Positions 12,257 to 25,150 of a stretch of 64,000 nucleotides of DNA are shown here, in pieces (the first letter of the stretch is position 1; each line of letters opens with the position of its first letter). Below the pieces are notes generated by a model. That model saw only the letters and a list, made by a program, of their open reading frames with translations, did not search any database and had not been told where the DNA came from. The position numbers and the translations under genes were made by a program. Origin of the DNA: Octopus sinensis (lineage: Eukaryota); the NCBI RefSeq assembly GCF_006345805.1, contig NC_043023.1, forward strand, positions 18,414,001 through 18,478,000, written 5' to 3'.

Positions 12257-13111
12257 TTATTATATATATCCATGGTAATACAAAATATATTTATCTCAGA
12301 CGTTCAAAGATTATTCACAAACAGTTAAAAAAAAAAGTTGGTACAATGATGTAAAATGAAGTTAATGGTAATTATTCTGATAAGATGCTCATTAGTACGT
12401 TTATCTTATGGATGATTATTGATATTGAGGATGACTTTGGCCATGATCATGATAGGGATGGGGAAGATATTTGAAAGTGGATTATAGCAATGAATGATAT
12501 TGAGATGAAGATGATAATGAATGTGACGATGTAGACAGAAGGAAAGATAAGAATTGTGACAATGATTAGTGGAGGATAACGAAAAAGCCTCATTAGATGC
12601 CAAGATGGTGATATAAATTACAATTATTGAGAGATGAATAGAAAACTAGCGAAAGATAAAAGAAAATACGAAGAAAATATGGAACATAAGAGAGGAACGA
12701 AAAAAGAAGAAGAAATGAAGAGAAACGAAGAAGAAGAAGAAGAAGAAGAGAAGAAAGAAGAAGAAGAAGAAGAGAAGAAGAAGGAATTAGAAGAAGAGAA
12801 GAAGAAGAAGTAGAAGAAGAGAAAGAAGAGAAAGAAGACAGAAGAAAGAGAAGAAGAAGAAGAAGAAGAAGAAAAGAAAGAAGAAGAAAATTCTAAGTAT
12901 AGAAAAGTTAGTTAGCAAATTACATTTAGAAATAAGAGAAGATGAGATAGAAATATTGGAAGAAATTTAAATATGAAGAATGTACTTCTAAATAGAAAAA
13001 TGAAATAAGACTTCAATATGCTGATCAGCGTAATCTAATGGTAAACTCAGTACATGACATCTAGATGGATTACAGACACACGTTGATAATCTCGCATATT
13101 CGAATCTAGAC

Positions 13112-13157
<46 letters not shown>

Positions 13158-13252
13158 TATATATATCTAATTAGGATAAAAATTCTCGAAAAATATTTTA
13201 TCAATGGCCAGCATATTAAAAAAATACCTTTAAAGGTTAAATTTTATAAACA

Positions 13253-13667
13253 ACTTATGAACAAGGGCAAAAGAAAAATGTTTCCATGCCAATATACCGA
13301 AATATAGATTTAATTGTCAATAACCATATAATTTATCCCTATAAGCACGCGTCTCGAAAGCAAGCCGATAGAAATTTAAACAATATCGTTATTATCGGAT
13401 CGGTCCCAATTTCTGAGTTAATTAATTTAGAATTTTTCGTCATCAGCGACAAATAAGATGAGAAAATAAACGAGATACTTCTTGTACCCATGGAAGAATT
13501 AACTCAGAAATTGGGACTGATCGATAATAACGAAATTTTTTAGAAATTTCTATCGGCTTGCTTTCGAGACGCAAGCTTATAGTAAAAACTTATATGGTTA
13601 TTGAAAATTAAGTCTATATTTCGGCATTTTTGGCATTGGGATTTTTTCTTTTGCCTTGTTTATAAGT
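13253..13667. repeat. Fold-back inverted repeat, ~170-bp arms
   Basis: 13253-13423 is the reverse complement of 13497-13667 (shared core gcgtctcgaaagcaagccgatagaaattt). Confidence 0.85.
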
Positions 13668-13720
13668 GGTATATATATACACATATATATATATATATAT
13701 AATATATATAATATATATAT

Positions 13721-13889
13721 GTATCAAAAGAAACCAGGACGCAAAAGGATTTTGCGGTACATATTTTCGGGCTCTATAGAACACCTTATTCTTATATCAA
13801 TGCTTTTTCTTATACAACAATACGTTGTTCAATAAAACCCGAAACATATGTACCGCAAAATCCTTTGCATCCTGTTTTTCTTTTGATAC
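13721..13889. repeat. Inverted repeat, ~51-bp arms
   Basis: gtatcaaaagaaaccaggacgcaaaaggattttgcggtacatattttcggg pairs with 13838-13889. Confidence 0.85.
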
Positions 13890-13958
13890 ATATATACAAT
13901 CACCTATACCACTAGCTGGCATATATAGGTGCTTCATTTATCAAGTATTCACCCTGAA

Positions 13959-14007
<49 letters not shown>

Positions 14008-14231
14008 TGAATAAAATGGTTCGTCTGATGTGTCAAACTCACATATATAAAAACAGATACTCATATTCCCTCAGACATGACATTCACAAGCAATCATACG
14101 TTCTATTAGGGGAGAATGAGAATATTGGGAGAGAATAAATGAGAGAGTGGGAAAGTAAGGATGTGAAGATATTAAATATTAAGAAAGATATTGTCAATGA
14201 AATGCTAGCAACAAGTCTGATCTTCACTTAC

Positions 14232-14302
14232 AATGTTGTTAAACTGGGGAGATTTTGAAAGGATCCGGCTTTGAGTTCTTTTATATCATGTAATGCAAAT
14301 AT
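14232..14302 (-). CDS. LRR exon 13 (C-type), 71 nt as assembled
   Basis: ttacag/gtaagt boundaries. Reads YLHYNDIKELKAGSFQNLPSLTT(F) after restoring one A (cattacatgat vs expected cattacaatgat). Confidence 0.7.
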
Positions 14303-14443
14303 CTGTAAGATTAAATTAATTTGAAAAGAAATATCATGGAATAGGTATCTGATAAAATGACACATATTATGACAAAATAATAAGATGAGGGAAAAAGAAA
14401 GTAGATAATGATGAGGATAAATTTCAAGATGATGGAGATAATG

Positions 14444-14658
14444 GTGGCGGTATCGTTAGCACGCCGGCCGAAAATGCTTAGCGGTATTTCGTCTGCCGTT
14501 ACGTTACGTATGAGTTCAAATTCCGCCGAGGTCGATTTGCCTTTCATCCTTCGGGGGGTCTATAAATTAAGTACCAGTTGCGCACCGGGGTCGATATAAT
14601 CGACTTAATCTGTTTGTCCTCTCTGTGTTTAGCCCTTGTGGGTAGTAAAGTAATAGGT
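14444..14658 (+). mobile_element. tRNA-derived SINE (family 4)
   Basis: ggcggtatcgttagcacgccgg...gagttcaaattccgccgaggtcg...ttgtgggtagtaaag. A degenerate minus copy lies at ~6765-6970. Confidence 0.85.
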
Positions 14659-14934
14659 ATATGAACGTTGCATATGTTTTGATATATTTTCTTCCGAATC
14701 CTATTTTGGGAATATAAGGGAGATAGGTATAAGGAAAGAAGAATAAAAGGTGTGAAAAGAGAAAGCAGGAAACAAAGGAAGAAAGAAAGAATAAGAAGGA
14801 AGGCGAAAGGAGGAGGAGGAGGAGGAAGAAGCAGGAGGAGGAGGAAATGGAGGACTCAGAAGAAAGAGAAGGAATATAGAAGAGTATATAGATGTAAAGA
14901 AGAGGTAGAGGAAGAAGAGAAAGAAAGACGCATG

Positions 14935-15596
14935 TGTCATGGAGAGAGAAGTGTGGGTGGGGCAAACCATCATGGTTTGGGTGCGATAGGGATGGATCAG
15001 AGAATTGGGCAGCACGAGTTCCCTGATGTTGGTGCAGGCAGAGGGAATAGCATCACAGCGCAGTTCTAAGTTGACCAGATCCTAAGACCTCACATTGTGC
15101 CATTCTTCGTGCGTCACCATAGCCGCGTGTTCCGTCAGAACAATGCTCTGTGCCACATGGCCAGGTTCACCATGGACTCCTGCGTTAGCACAACATCATA
15201 ATCAGTGCGTGGCCGGCTCTCAGCCCGGATTTGAATACAAGTGGACACCGCTGGGATGAAATCCAGAGGAAGCTGAACCAGGGGCTCCCAAGGCCGACAA
15301 CTCATGTGCCTCATGTTGGGGGCACAGGTACCAATGGCTTTTGTGAACCGCCTCATCCACTCCATGTATATGGCCGTTTTGAACACCCAGAGAAGGCATA
15401 TACGGTATCGAAGCCCTACAATCTCGATGGACTGGATTTCACCCACTACCAGAACACATGGCAACGACCCATAGACTGTGGTCAAAGTGCATCCTAGAAA
15501 TTGATTTCATCAGATATATCAAAATTATTTCTGTGATAATGAAATTGAAACATATTTCACAGTGACACAGGTCTTGTGTTTATTTTGCAGATCAGT
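14935..15596 (+). mobile_element. Tc1-type transposase 3' remnant (DD34E region) with 3' end
   Basis: Frameshifted ILRPHIVPFF...QNNALCH...WPALSPDLNTSGHRWDEIQRKL...FVNRLIHSM...HIRY, followed by 3' UTR. Confidence 0.8.
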
Positions 15597-15684
15597 TTTT
15601 CTGTTGTGTGTGTGTGTGTGTATACATGTACATATGTGTGTGTATATATGTATATGTATATATATTATATGCATATATCAAATA

Positions 15685-15846
15685 GGCGAATGAGTGGCTG
15701 AGCAGTAAGAAGCTTGCTAGCGAACCACATGTTTCAGGGTTGAGTCCCACTGATTGGCTCCTCGAACAAGTGTCTTCTTCTATAGCCTCACGCCAACCAA
15801 AGCCTTGTGAGTGGATTTGGAAGATGAAAACTAATAGAAGCCCTTC

Positions 15847-15850
<4 letters not shown>
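15685..15850 (+). mobile_element. SINE family 1, 5' half, diverged
   Basis: ggcgaatgagtggctgagcagtaagaagcttgc...ccttgtgagtggatttgg...gaagcccttcg. Confidence 0.8.
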
Positions 15851-15942
<92 letters not shown>

Positions 15943-15971
15943 TATATATACACATATATATATATATATAT

Positions 15972-16287
15972 AATATTAATTAGAGACAAACCACTATTAT
16001 GCAAATCAAACAAGAAAGATTTAATCCAACACATAAAAAATTTTATATAATTAAATATAATTAAGATATCCACTACGATCGTTTCTTGTCACTTCTATTG
16101 ACATTCATCAGTTTAAAACTTGCAAAGAATGTCTTGAAAACCACCTGATGAATGTCAATAGAAGTGACAAGAAACGATCGTAGTGGATATCTTAATTATA
16201 TTTAATTTATATAAATTTTTTTATGTATTGGATTAAGTCTTTCTTTGTTTGATTTGCATAATAGTGGTTTTGTCTCTAATTAATATT
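15972..16287. mobile_element. Inverted pair of Penelope-type terminal repeats (~140-bp arms)
   Basis: 15972-16111 is the reverse complement of 16145-16287; both arms contain the hammerhead core. Confidence 0.8.
16141..16186 (+). ncRNA. Minimal type I hammerhead ribozyme, intact
   Basis: CCAC-CTGATGA-a-TGTCA/atagaag/TGACA-a-GAAA-CGATCG-TA-GTGG: stem I CCAC/GTGG, stem II, palindromic helix III (ACGATCGT), GUA cleavage triplet. Confidence 0.85.
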
Positions 16288-16365
16288 ATATTATATTTTA
16301 CTATAAAATTGGATTCAATCCTAAATCTGATTTTCCCTGTAAATTTGGATTTATTCCCTAATATT

Positions 16366-16407
<42 letters not shown>

Positions 16408-16597
16408 GTTTGTCTGTGTGTGTGTGTGTGTGTGTTTGTGTGTGTAAGAGATAACAGTGTCACTGAGAGCCAAAGGTGTCAGGTAATGATGAATAAGTGC
16501 TATAGACAGACCATAGTTAAGTTTCAGATTCGGTAATATTGCGAATAAAGGGTTCAACGTTGGTTCTATGTCAGCGTGTGTATATACGAATTGTTTG

Positions 16598-17206
16598 CGT
16601 AATGAGATAAAAACCAAGGCTGTATAGATATTAGAGCATTTATAGATAGAAGGTCTTACAGCTGTTTCTAGGATGTTAATTAATATTATCCCTTCATCGG
16701 ATATTAATTATATCCCTTCTTTCTCTCTCTCTCACTCTCTCTCTTTCTCTCTTTCATTCCTCTCTTCTTATTTTCAATTTAACCATACTAATACATTCCT
16801 TATTTCTAGGTCAGTTTAAATACAAACCTTGAATCTGTTACACTCTGTGAATGGCCATCTTTAAGGAATTTTACATTGCTTATAAACTCTATATCTGGAT
16901 GGATTAATATTAAACTCTGTTGGACTTTTGGATTTTACTCAAAGGATATTGGAATATTAGACATATATACCATTATGCCCATAAACGGATTTACGAACTC
17001 AATACCCATATATATCTTACATCTATTTTCTTTCCTCCACCTCACTCTCCATTTGTATCACATCGAAACTAATTAGGACTTAATTTTTCCTCTCACACCG
17101 TCTCTGATGAAGGAATATTATTAATGAATATCTTATAAACAGCTGTAAGACCTTCTATCTATAAATGCTCTAATATCTATACAGCCTTGGTTTTTATCTC
17201 ATTACG
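16598..17206. repeat. Inverted pair of Penelope-type terminal repeats around a ~400-bp spacer
   Basis: 16598-16700 is the reverse complement of 17103-17206 (ttagagcatttatagatagaaggtcttacagctg). Confidence 0.8.
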
Positions 17207-17444
17207 AAAAAAGATTCTTATATATAAGTATATATATGTGTGTGTGTGTGTGTGTTTGTAGACAACAAACAGGCGTTTTAGTATAACGCTCGGGAAGTGA
17301 AAAAGTCTTTAACGTTCCGAGCCTACGCTCCTCCGCGGGAAGGAACACAGAAAGAAACGAGAGATAATAAAGAAGGAGAGAAAATAAAGAGAAAAAATAA
17401 AATTTAAAAAATATATGTCTGTGTGTGTGTGTGTGTGTGTATGT

Positions 17445-17746
17445 GGAGGCGAAATGGCCAGTGGTTAGGGCAGTGGACTCGCGGTCGTAGGATCGCGGTT
17501 TCGATTCCAGACCAGGCGTTGTGAGTGTTTTTTTGAGCGAAAAACACCTAAAGCTCCACGCGGCTCCGGCAAGGGGTGGTGGTGATCCCTGCTGTACTCT
17601 TTCGCCACAACATTCTCTCACTCTTTCTTCTGTTGGCCTGCTCTCTTCGCCAGCGGAGTGGCATCATTTGAAGGCTAAAACAATGCGAAGCGCATTGTGA
17701 CCAGCGATGTGTAGCAACATCTGATAGCCTAGTCGATCCCGGTGAT
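17445..17746 (+). mobile_element. tRNA-derived SINE family 2 (duplicate at 26012-26311; independent minus copy at 59681-59979)
   Basis: ggaggcgaaatggccagtggttagggcagtggactcgcggtcgtaggatcgcggtttcgattcc...ctgatagcctagtcgatcccggtga. Confidence 0.9.
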
Positions 17747-18058
17747 ACCCATATATATACATATAAATACACACACACATATATATACACATATATACAT
17801 ATATATAAAGGTGGGTGAGCAAAATGATAACCCTCATGCATCACACACCCATATATACCAAATGTATACCAACACACTCTCATATTCCCTTTCAGAGACA
17901 TTCAAAGATATTCACAAACAATCACGCGCTCTTACTAAGGGAGAGTAAAAATATAGGGAGAGATTAGTTGAGAGAGCAATACAAGGACGATGTGAAGAAA
18001 TTAAATACTTCGGAAATATCATCAATGAAACGTTATCACTGGGAATGTTCAAACTTAC

Positions 18059-18130
18059 ATCGCATCTAACCTAGGAAGATTCTGGAAGGCTCCTGCATGG
18101 ATTTCCTTAATATCATTTTTATGCAAAACC
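18059..18130 (-). CDS. LRR exon 12 (D-type), 72 nt
   Basis: ttacag|...|gtaagt; VLHKNDIKEIHAGAFQNLPRLDA(I). Confidence 0.9.
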
Positions 18131-18993
18131 CTGTAATATAAAATTCAGCTGAGCAAAAATTGTATGCAATACATGTGGTTAAAATTAATTAGGTGATGGT
18201 AAAAATGGATGTAGATTAAAGCGATGATGATAGCGGCGTTATTAGTGATTAATGAAAGGAAGAGGGGTGTTAGCGATGATGATGATGATGGTATTATCAT
18301 AGTCATCGTGGTGGGAGAGTGAAGCTGATTCTTCTTATAATGATGTTCATTAGTATATTTATGGTGATGATGATCATGATATTGAGGCTGATCATAATGG
18401 TAGAGATGCTTTATGATGAAGAATTATGTTGATAACGAAAACAATGATGACGGTGATTATGACGAGGGCGGCGACATTATGATGATGGTGACGGTGGTGG
18501 TGATAAGAACAGTACAAGTATTAGACGAGTCAAAAAGGGCAATCAGTGTTATTCTAAAGGTAAACACAGTCCATGCTTTGCAGACTGACTTAGAAACACA
18601 TTGATATTCTCGCATCGATTCATGCATAAACAACGATAAAGAAGCACACACACGCGCACACACACACACACACACACACATACACACACACACACATACA
18701 CACAGGCCCACAAACACACACAGAGGCCCACACACAAGGTTCAAGACAGCAGAGGCAAAGGGCACTGATGAAATTTGCACCGAACATGACATCAGATTGC
18801 ATATCCCACATTGTACAGTCGATGCAGCTAAAACGCGTGTAGGTCCAGTAAAAGATGGTGTTAATAACTATTAAATAACAGTAAAGATGTGAAAAAGTTA
18901 CGCTCTTCTTATTAATACTAAATATATATGTAAATATCTATCTATCTATCTATCTATCTATCTTCTTTACTTCTCTCTCTCTCTCTCTCTCTC

Positions 18994-19037
<44 letters not shown>

Positions 19038-19156
19038 TATAATAATAATTGTTAAATTTTATGTTTCTAGTTCGACAATAGAGTTTATTATAGGTAAAAT
19101 TATTATGTTTAAAAATATTGTTTAAATATTTCTGTTTATATTTTAGATGTTTAATT

Positions 19157-19219
19157 CACCTGAAGATTGACTGTAACTCGAATTATTATGAATTGTACAG
19201 CCATGAAACGATCGTAGTG
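19157..19219 (+). ncRNA. Minimal hammerhead ribozyme (copy at 27767-27829)
   Basis: CAC-CTGAAGA-t-tgactgta...tacagcca-t-GAAA-CGATCG-TA-GTG. Confidence 0.7.
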
Positions 19220-19424
19220 TTACTCTTTATGATTTATTAATCTTACAATACTTTTGATATTTTAAAATAATATAAATTAATTTTATGTATTGGCTTATGT
19301 TTTTCATTGTTTGATTTGCCTAATAGTGGTTTTATCTCTAATATAATATATATATTTATACTATAAAATTGGATTTAATGCTAAATCTGATATTTCCCTG
19401 TAAGTTTGGATTTATTCCCTAATA

Positions 19425-19468
<44 letters not shown>

Positions 19469-20229
19469 CGAAAAGAAATAATATTTGGTTCTTTTTAAGG
19501 ATACAAAATGGTTTATAGGACTGCAAATGTAAGTGCTCAATTGTAAATGAGATTAAGATAAAGAAACATTGATCATAGAACAAACATCAAATGTGAGTCG
19601 ACGATTTTATATATAACACCATACCTCGATCATGTAGTCATATGTAAATATTACCATGGTCTTTGAACATATAAAATATACATTTACATAAAAAAAGAGA
19701 AGGTAAAATTATATATGCGAATAAAATAAAAAATATATATAGAACAGCCTATCAAACAGGTAAATATAAAAAACTAAAAATTCCTAAGAATTATAAAGCG
19801 TGTCATGCTACAAAAAAAACTAATAAACTAAGATAAAACAAAGTATCAAACGACTAAAAATATTTTTAAATGTTCTTTTTAACTCCCTTCACAAAACGTA
19901 CGTCCAAAAACTTCAATTCTTAAAACCATGGTAGGTTACAGTACATGAGCAAAGAGAGTTCCACAAGGTCAATTCAAACAAACCTATGGCCATTTCGATT
20001 ATATTAAAGTGCATAACGGCAATGTCCCTCTCTTCAGGATGAACAGGAACCAGGAAACACGCACAGAGCAAAACTAAAATGTTCATACAACGCCACATGG
20101 CTAATTTTAAGATAAACCCGTCATTGCAGCAAAATTTTCTAACACATAAAGAAACACCGAATTATTTTATTGCTAAACATGCAGGTGGCTGTTGTTAATA
20201 TAAATTTATACTCGCTGGTTTCAAAACCC

Positions 20230-21140
20230 TATAAAATTAACCATTATTTACTACATCTACTTTTATTTCTAAACTCTTTCAGAAAAGTAGACGGAAACAT
20301 ATGGGTGTAAAAAGGGATCACCTCAGTAACTTTATTTAAGCCCAAAAGACTTAAGGATGGCAAGGGATTCCCTTACACATAACCTATTGAAATTAACTGT
20401 GAAATAAGGAGCCCTCGAAATAACAGACCATTCAAGAGAATATCTTTTAGTTATTCCTCTTTAAACTCTGTATATAAGAATCAAATGTAGTAGAATAACA
20501 GTATTCATCGTTGGAAAACGAATTCATGTGAGCCCTATACATAGTCTTAAGATTTACAGCACTGCCTATATAAAACTTATCCAAATTAACATCCTCTTTA
20601 ACAAAGCATTTATATATTGTTTAATAGAGAGGCAAAGCCAATCAAGGAGACATAATACAGTGTTTCTACAATTATACGATTTACCAAAGCCATTCCTAAC
20701 TTTATTACTACAACTGACATTATTTGTCTGGCTTCCCACCTTCTTTCCTTCAGATATCCCATTACTAGGATTCGATAAGACCGGTGGGAGCAAATGTTTG
20801 TAGCACTAAACTTAGGCATATAAGAGAATATCTGGCCAGTAGCAGGGTTTTCCAGCAGAAGAATACTTCCTCAGCCCTTTCCCAATTAACTTGCTTCTAT
20901 TAAGAGACGCAATAATGGAGGTCATAGTTGGCGTTACTGAGTAAGAGAATTTGATGGAAGACTTATTGCAAATGCTGCAGTATTTATGATTGTTTGGGAA
21001 AATCTTCTTCAGAATCTTAAACAACAATTTGGTCAAGGTTCTTTCTCTAAGAGAAAAAGTCAGGGGCGAACCATATTGTATCCGGTATGCTAGAACGTGA
21101 GTTCTTGCTTTTATTGTCTCCTCTCTTTCACTATTTCGCT
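20230..21140 (-). mobile_element. Penelope-like 3' fragment (RT-linker + GIY-YIG), repeated at ~23890-24800, ~28910-29800, ~39320-40210 and ~43060-43950
   Basis: LLFKILKKIFPNNHKYCSICNKSSIKFSYSVTPTMTSIIASLNRSKL, then across frameshifts IYKCFVKEDVNLDKFYIGSAVNLK (GIY-YIG motif). Confidence 0.85.
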
Positions 21141-21479
21141 TCCTCTATCTATTCCTAACATCTTTACATATGTCACACCTTACAATCTCGATGGACTGGA
21201 TCCACCCACTACCAGAACACATGATAACGACCCATATATATATATTTACATGCGTGCATAAAATGGTTCGTCTGATGTGTCACACTCACGTATATAAAAA
21301 CAGATACTCTTATTCCCTCAGAGATGACATTCATAAGCAATCATACGTTCTTATTAGGGGAGAGAGTGAATATTGGGAGTGAACAAATGAGAGAGTGGGA
21401 AAGTAAGGATGTGAAGATATTAAAAATTTAGAAAGATATTGTCAATGAAATGCTAGCAACAAGTCTGATCTTTACTTAC

Positions 21480-21551
21480 AATGTTCTTAAACTGGAGAGA
21501 TTTTGGAAGGATCCGGCTTTGAGTTCTTTTATATCATTGTTATTCAAATAT
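21480..21551 (-). CDS. LRR exon 11 (C-type), 72 nt
   Basis: ctaacag|...|gtaagt; YLNNNDIKELKAGSFQNLSSLRT(L). Confidence 0.9.
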
Positions 21552-21994
21552 CTGTTAGATTAAATTCATTTGAAAAGAAATATCATGGATTAGGTATCTG
21601 ATAAAATGACACATATTATGACAAAATAATAAGATGAGGGACAAAGAAAGTAGGTAATGATGAGAATGAATTTCATGATGATGGAGATAATGGAGTCGGT
21701 AGTTGTGTTAAATATGAGGCGGAGGAATGTACTGGTAGTGGTGATGAAGATACTGTCATGCTGTTGAAGGTGGGAATAATAATATTGGTTATGATGAAGA
21801 CAATAATAAGGTAGACAATGTTGATGCTTCAGTACAGAAGAAGATGACGAAGATCTTGATGACGGTGGTGGCGACTAAAACGCGACAGCATAATGATGAT
21901 GGATGGTGAGCATGGAGGTGATGATTTAGTAGAAGTATTAGATGAATAGGAAAACTTGTGACATACAAGAATAAATTGTATTTCCTCTCACACC

Positions 21995-22046
21995 GTCTCC
22001 GATGAAGGGATATTATTACTTAATATCCCAGAAACAGGTGTAAGAC
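21995..22046 (+). ncRNA. Second minimal hammerhead family (variant core CCGATGA); copies at 17100-17151, 25666-25717, 30705-30756, 41243-41291, 44850-44900 and minus 16653-16700
   Basis: GTCT-CCGATGA-a-GGGATATT/attactt/AATATCCC-a-GAAA-CAGGTG-TA-AGAC. The 17100 copy has canonical CTGATGA and palindromic ACAGCTGT but TAAA for GAAA. Confidence 0.65.
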
Positions 22047-22119
22047 CTTCTATCTATAAATGCTCTAATATCTATAGAGCCTTGGTTCTATCTCATTACG
22101 AAAAAAATTCTTATATATA

Positions 22120-22192
<73 letters not shown>

Positions 22193-22444
22193 TTGTGTGT
22201 GTGTATGTTTGTAGACAACAAATATGTGTATTAGTATAACGCTCGGGAAGTGAAAATTCTTTAACTTTTCGAGCCAACGCTCCTCCACAGGAAAGATCAC
22301 AGAAAGAAACAAGGATAGATAAAAAGGAGTGAAAATAAAGAAAATAGAAAGAAAAAATAAAGTGAAAAGTGAAAAGAGAATATATAAATATATTTATATA
22401 TATATATATACAATATATATATACATAAATATACATAAATATAC

Positions 22445-22525
<81 letters not shown>

Positions 22526-22823
22526 CATATTTATACATATCTATACATATATATATACACATATATACATGTATATAAGTGTGGGTGTGCAAAGTGATTA
22601 CCCACATGCATCACACACCCGTATATACCAAATGTATACCAACACACTCTCATATTCCCTCTCAGACACATTCGAAGCTATTCACAAACAATCTCTTACT
22701 GCGGGAGAGTGAAAATATAGGGAGAGATTAGTTGAGAGAGCAATACGAGGATGATGTGAAGAAATTAAATACTTCGGAATATATCATCAATGAAATGTTA
22801 TCACTGAGACTGTTCAAACTTAC

Positions 22824-22895
22824 AAATCTACTAAGTTGGGAAGTTTCTGGAAGGCTTCTACATGGATTTCACTAATATTATTTTCACGTAAATAC
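22824..22895 (-). CDS. LRR exon 10 (D'-type), 72 nt
   Basis: ttacag|...|gtaagt; YLRENNISEIHVEAFQKLPNLVD(L). Confidence 0.9.
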
Positions 22896-24889
22896 CTGTA
22901 ATATAAAATTCAGCTGAGCAAAAATTGTATGCAATACATGTGGTTAAAATTAATTAGATGATGGTAAAAATGGATGCAGATTAAAACGATGATGATAGCG
23001 GCGTTATTAGTGATTAATGAGAGGAAGAGGGGGAGAAGGAATATGGAGAACGAGTTAGCGATGATGACGTTGGTATTATTATAGGCATCGTGGTGGGAGA
23101 GTGAAGCCGATTCTTCTTATAATGATGTTCATATTTGTCTTTATTTATGGAAATTTAAGGATTTATAGGACTGCAAAAAAGAAGTGCTCAATTGTAAATG
23201 AGATTAAGATAAAGAAACATTGATCATAGAACAAACATCAAATGTGAGTCGACGATTTTATATATAACACCATACCTCGATCATTTAGTCATATGTAAAT
23301 ATTACCATGGTCCTTAAACATATATAAAATATACATTTACATAAAAACACAGAAGGTAAAATTATATATGCGAATAAAATAAAAATATATAGAACAGCCT
23401 ATCAAAAAGGTAAATATAAAAGACTAAAAATTCCTAAGAATTATAAAGCGTGTCATGCTACAAAAACAACTAATAAACTAAGATAAAACAAAATATCAAA
23501 CGACTAAAAATATTTTTAAAAGTTCTTTTTTACTCCCTTCACAAAACGTACGTCCAAAAACTTCAATTCTTAAAACCATGGTAGGTTACAGTCCATGAGC
23601 AAAGAGAGTTCCACAAGGTCAATTCAAACAAACCTATGGCCATTTCGATTATATTAAAGTGCATAACGGCAATGTCCCTCTCTTCAGGATGAACAGGAAC
23701 CAGGAAACACGCACAGAGCAAAACTAAAACGTTCATACAACGCCACATGGCTAATTGTAAGATAAATCCGTCATTGCAGCAACATTTTCTAACACATAAA
23801 GAAACACCGAATAATTTTATTGCTAAACATGCAGGTGGCTGTTGTGAATAGAAATTTATACTCGCTATTTTCAAAACCCTATAAAATTAACCATTATTTA
23901 CTACATCTACTTTTATTTCTAAACTCTTTCGGAAAAGTAGACGGAAACTTATGGCTGTAAAAAGGGATCACCTCAGCAAATTTATTTAAGCCCAAAAGAT
24001 TTAAGGATGGCAAGGGATTCCCTTACACATAACTTTCACTTATTTATATTAACTCTGAAATAAGGAGCCCTCGAAATAACAGACCATTCAAGAGAATATC
24101 TTTTAGTTATTCCTCTTTAAACTCTGTATATAAGAATCAAGTGTAGTAGAATAACAGTATTTTTCGTTGGGAAACGAATTCATGCGAGCCCTATACGTAG
24201 GCTTAAAATTTACAGCACTACCTAGATAAAACTTATCCAAATTACCATTCTCTTTAACAAAGCATTTATATATTGCTTTAGTAGAGAGGCAAAGCCAATC
24301 AAGGGGACATAATACAGTGTTTCTAAAATTATACGATTTACCAAACCATTCCTAACTTTATTACTACAACTAACATTATTTGTCTGGTTCCCACGTTCTT
24401 TCTTTCAGATATCCCATTATAGGGGTTCGATAAGACCGGTGGGAGCAAATGGTTTGTAGCACTAAACTTAGGCATATAAGAGAATACCTGGCCAGAACTA
24501 GGGTTTTCCAGCAGAAGAATACTTCCTAAGCCCTGTCCCAATTAACTTGCTTCTATTAAGAGACGCAATAATAGAAGACATAGTTGGCGTTACTGAGTAA
24601 GAGAATTTGATGGAAGACTTATTGCAAATGCTGCAGTATTTATGATTGTTTGGGAAATTCTTCTTCAGAATCTTAAACAACAATTTGGTCAAGGTTCTTT
24701 CCCTAAGAGAAAAAGTCAGGGGCGAACCATTTTATATCCCGTATGCTAAAACGTGAGCTCTTGCTTTTATTATCTCCTCTTTTCCACTATTTCGCTTCCT
24801 GTATCTATTCCTAACATCTTTACATATGTCACGCCCAGCAATCTCGATTGACTGGATCCACCCACTACCAGAACACATGATAACAACCC

Positions 24890-24926
<37 letters not shown>

Positions 24927-25150
24927 TGCATAAAATAGTTCGTCTGATGTATGACACTCACAGATATAAAACAGATACTCTCATTCCCACAGACATGACA
25001 TTCACAAGCAATCATACGTTCTTATCAGGGGAGAGAGAGAATATTGGGAGAGAATAAGTGAGAGAGTGGGAAAGTAAGGATGTGAAGATATTAAATATTA
25101 AGAAAGATATTGTCAATGAAATGCTAGAAACAAGTCTGATCTTTACTTAC

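Noticed and set aside
20528-21036. Repeated ORFs MSPIHSLKIY..., MPKFSATN... and MTKLLFKILKK... as a novel gene family
   Set aside because: They are frames of a frameshifted Penelope RT-linker/GIY-YIG fragment copied passively with the duplicated units.
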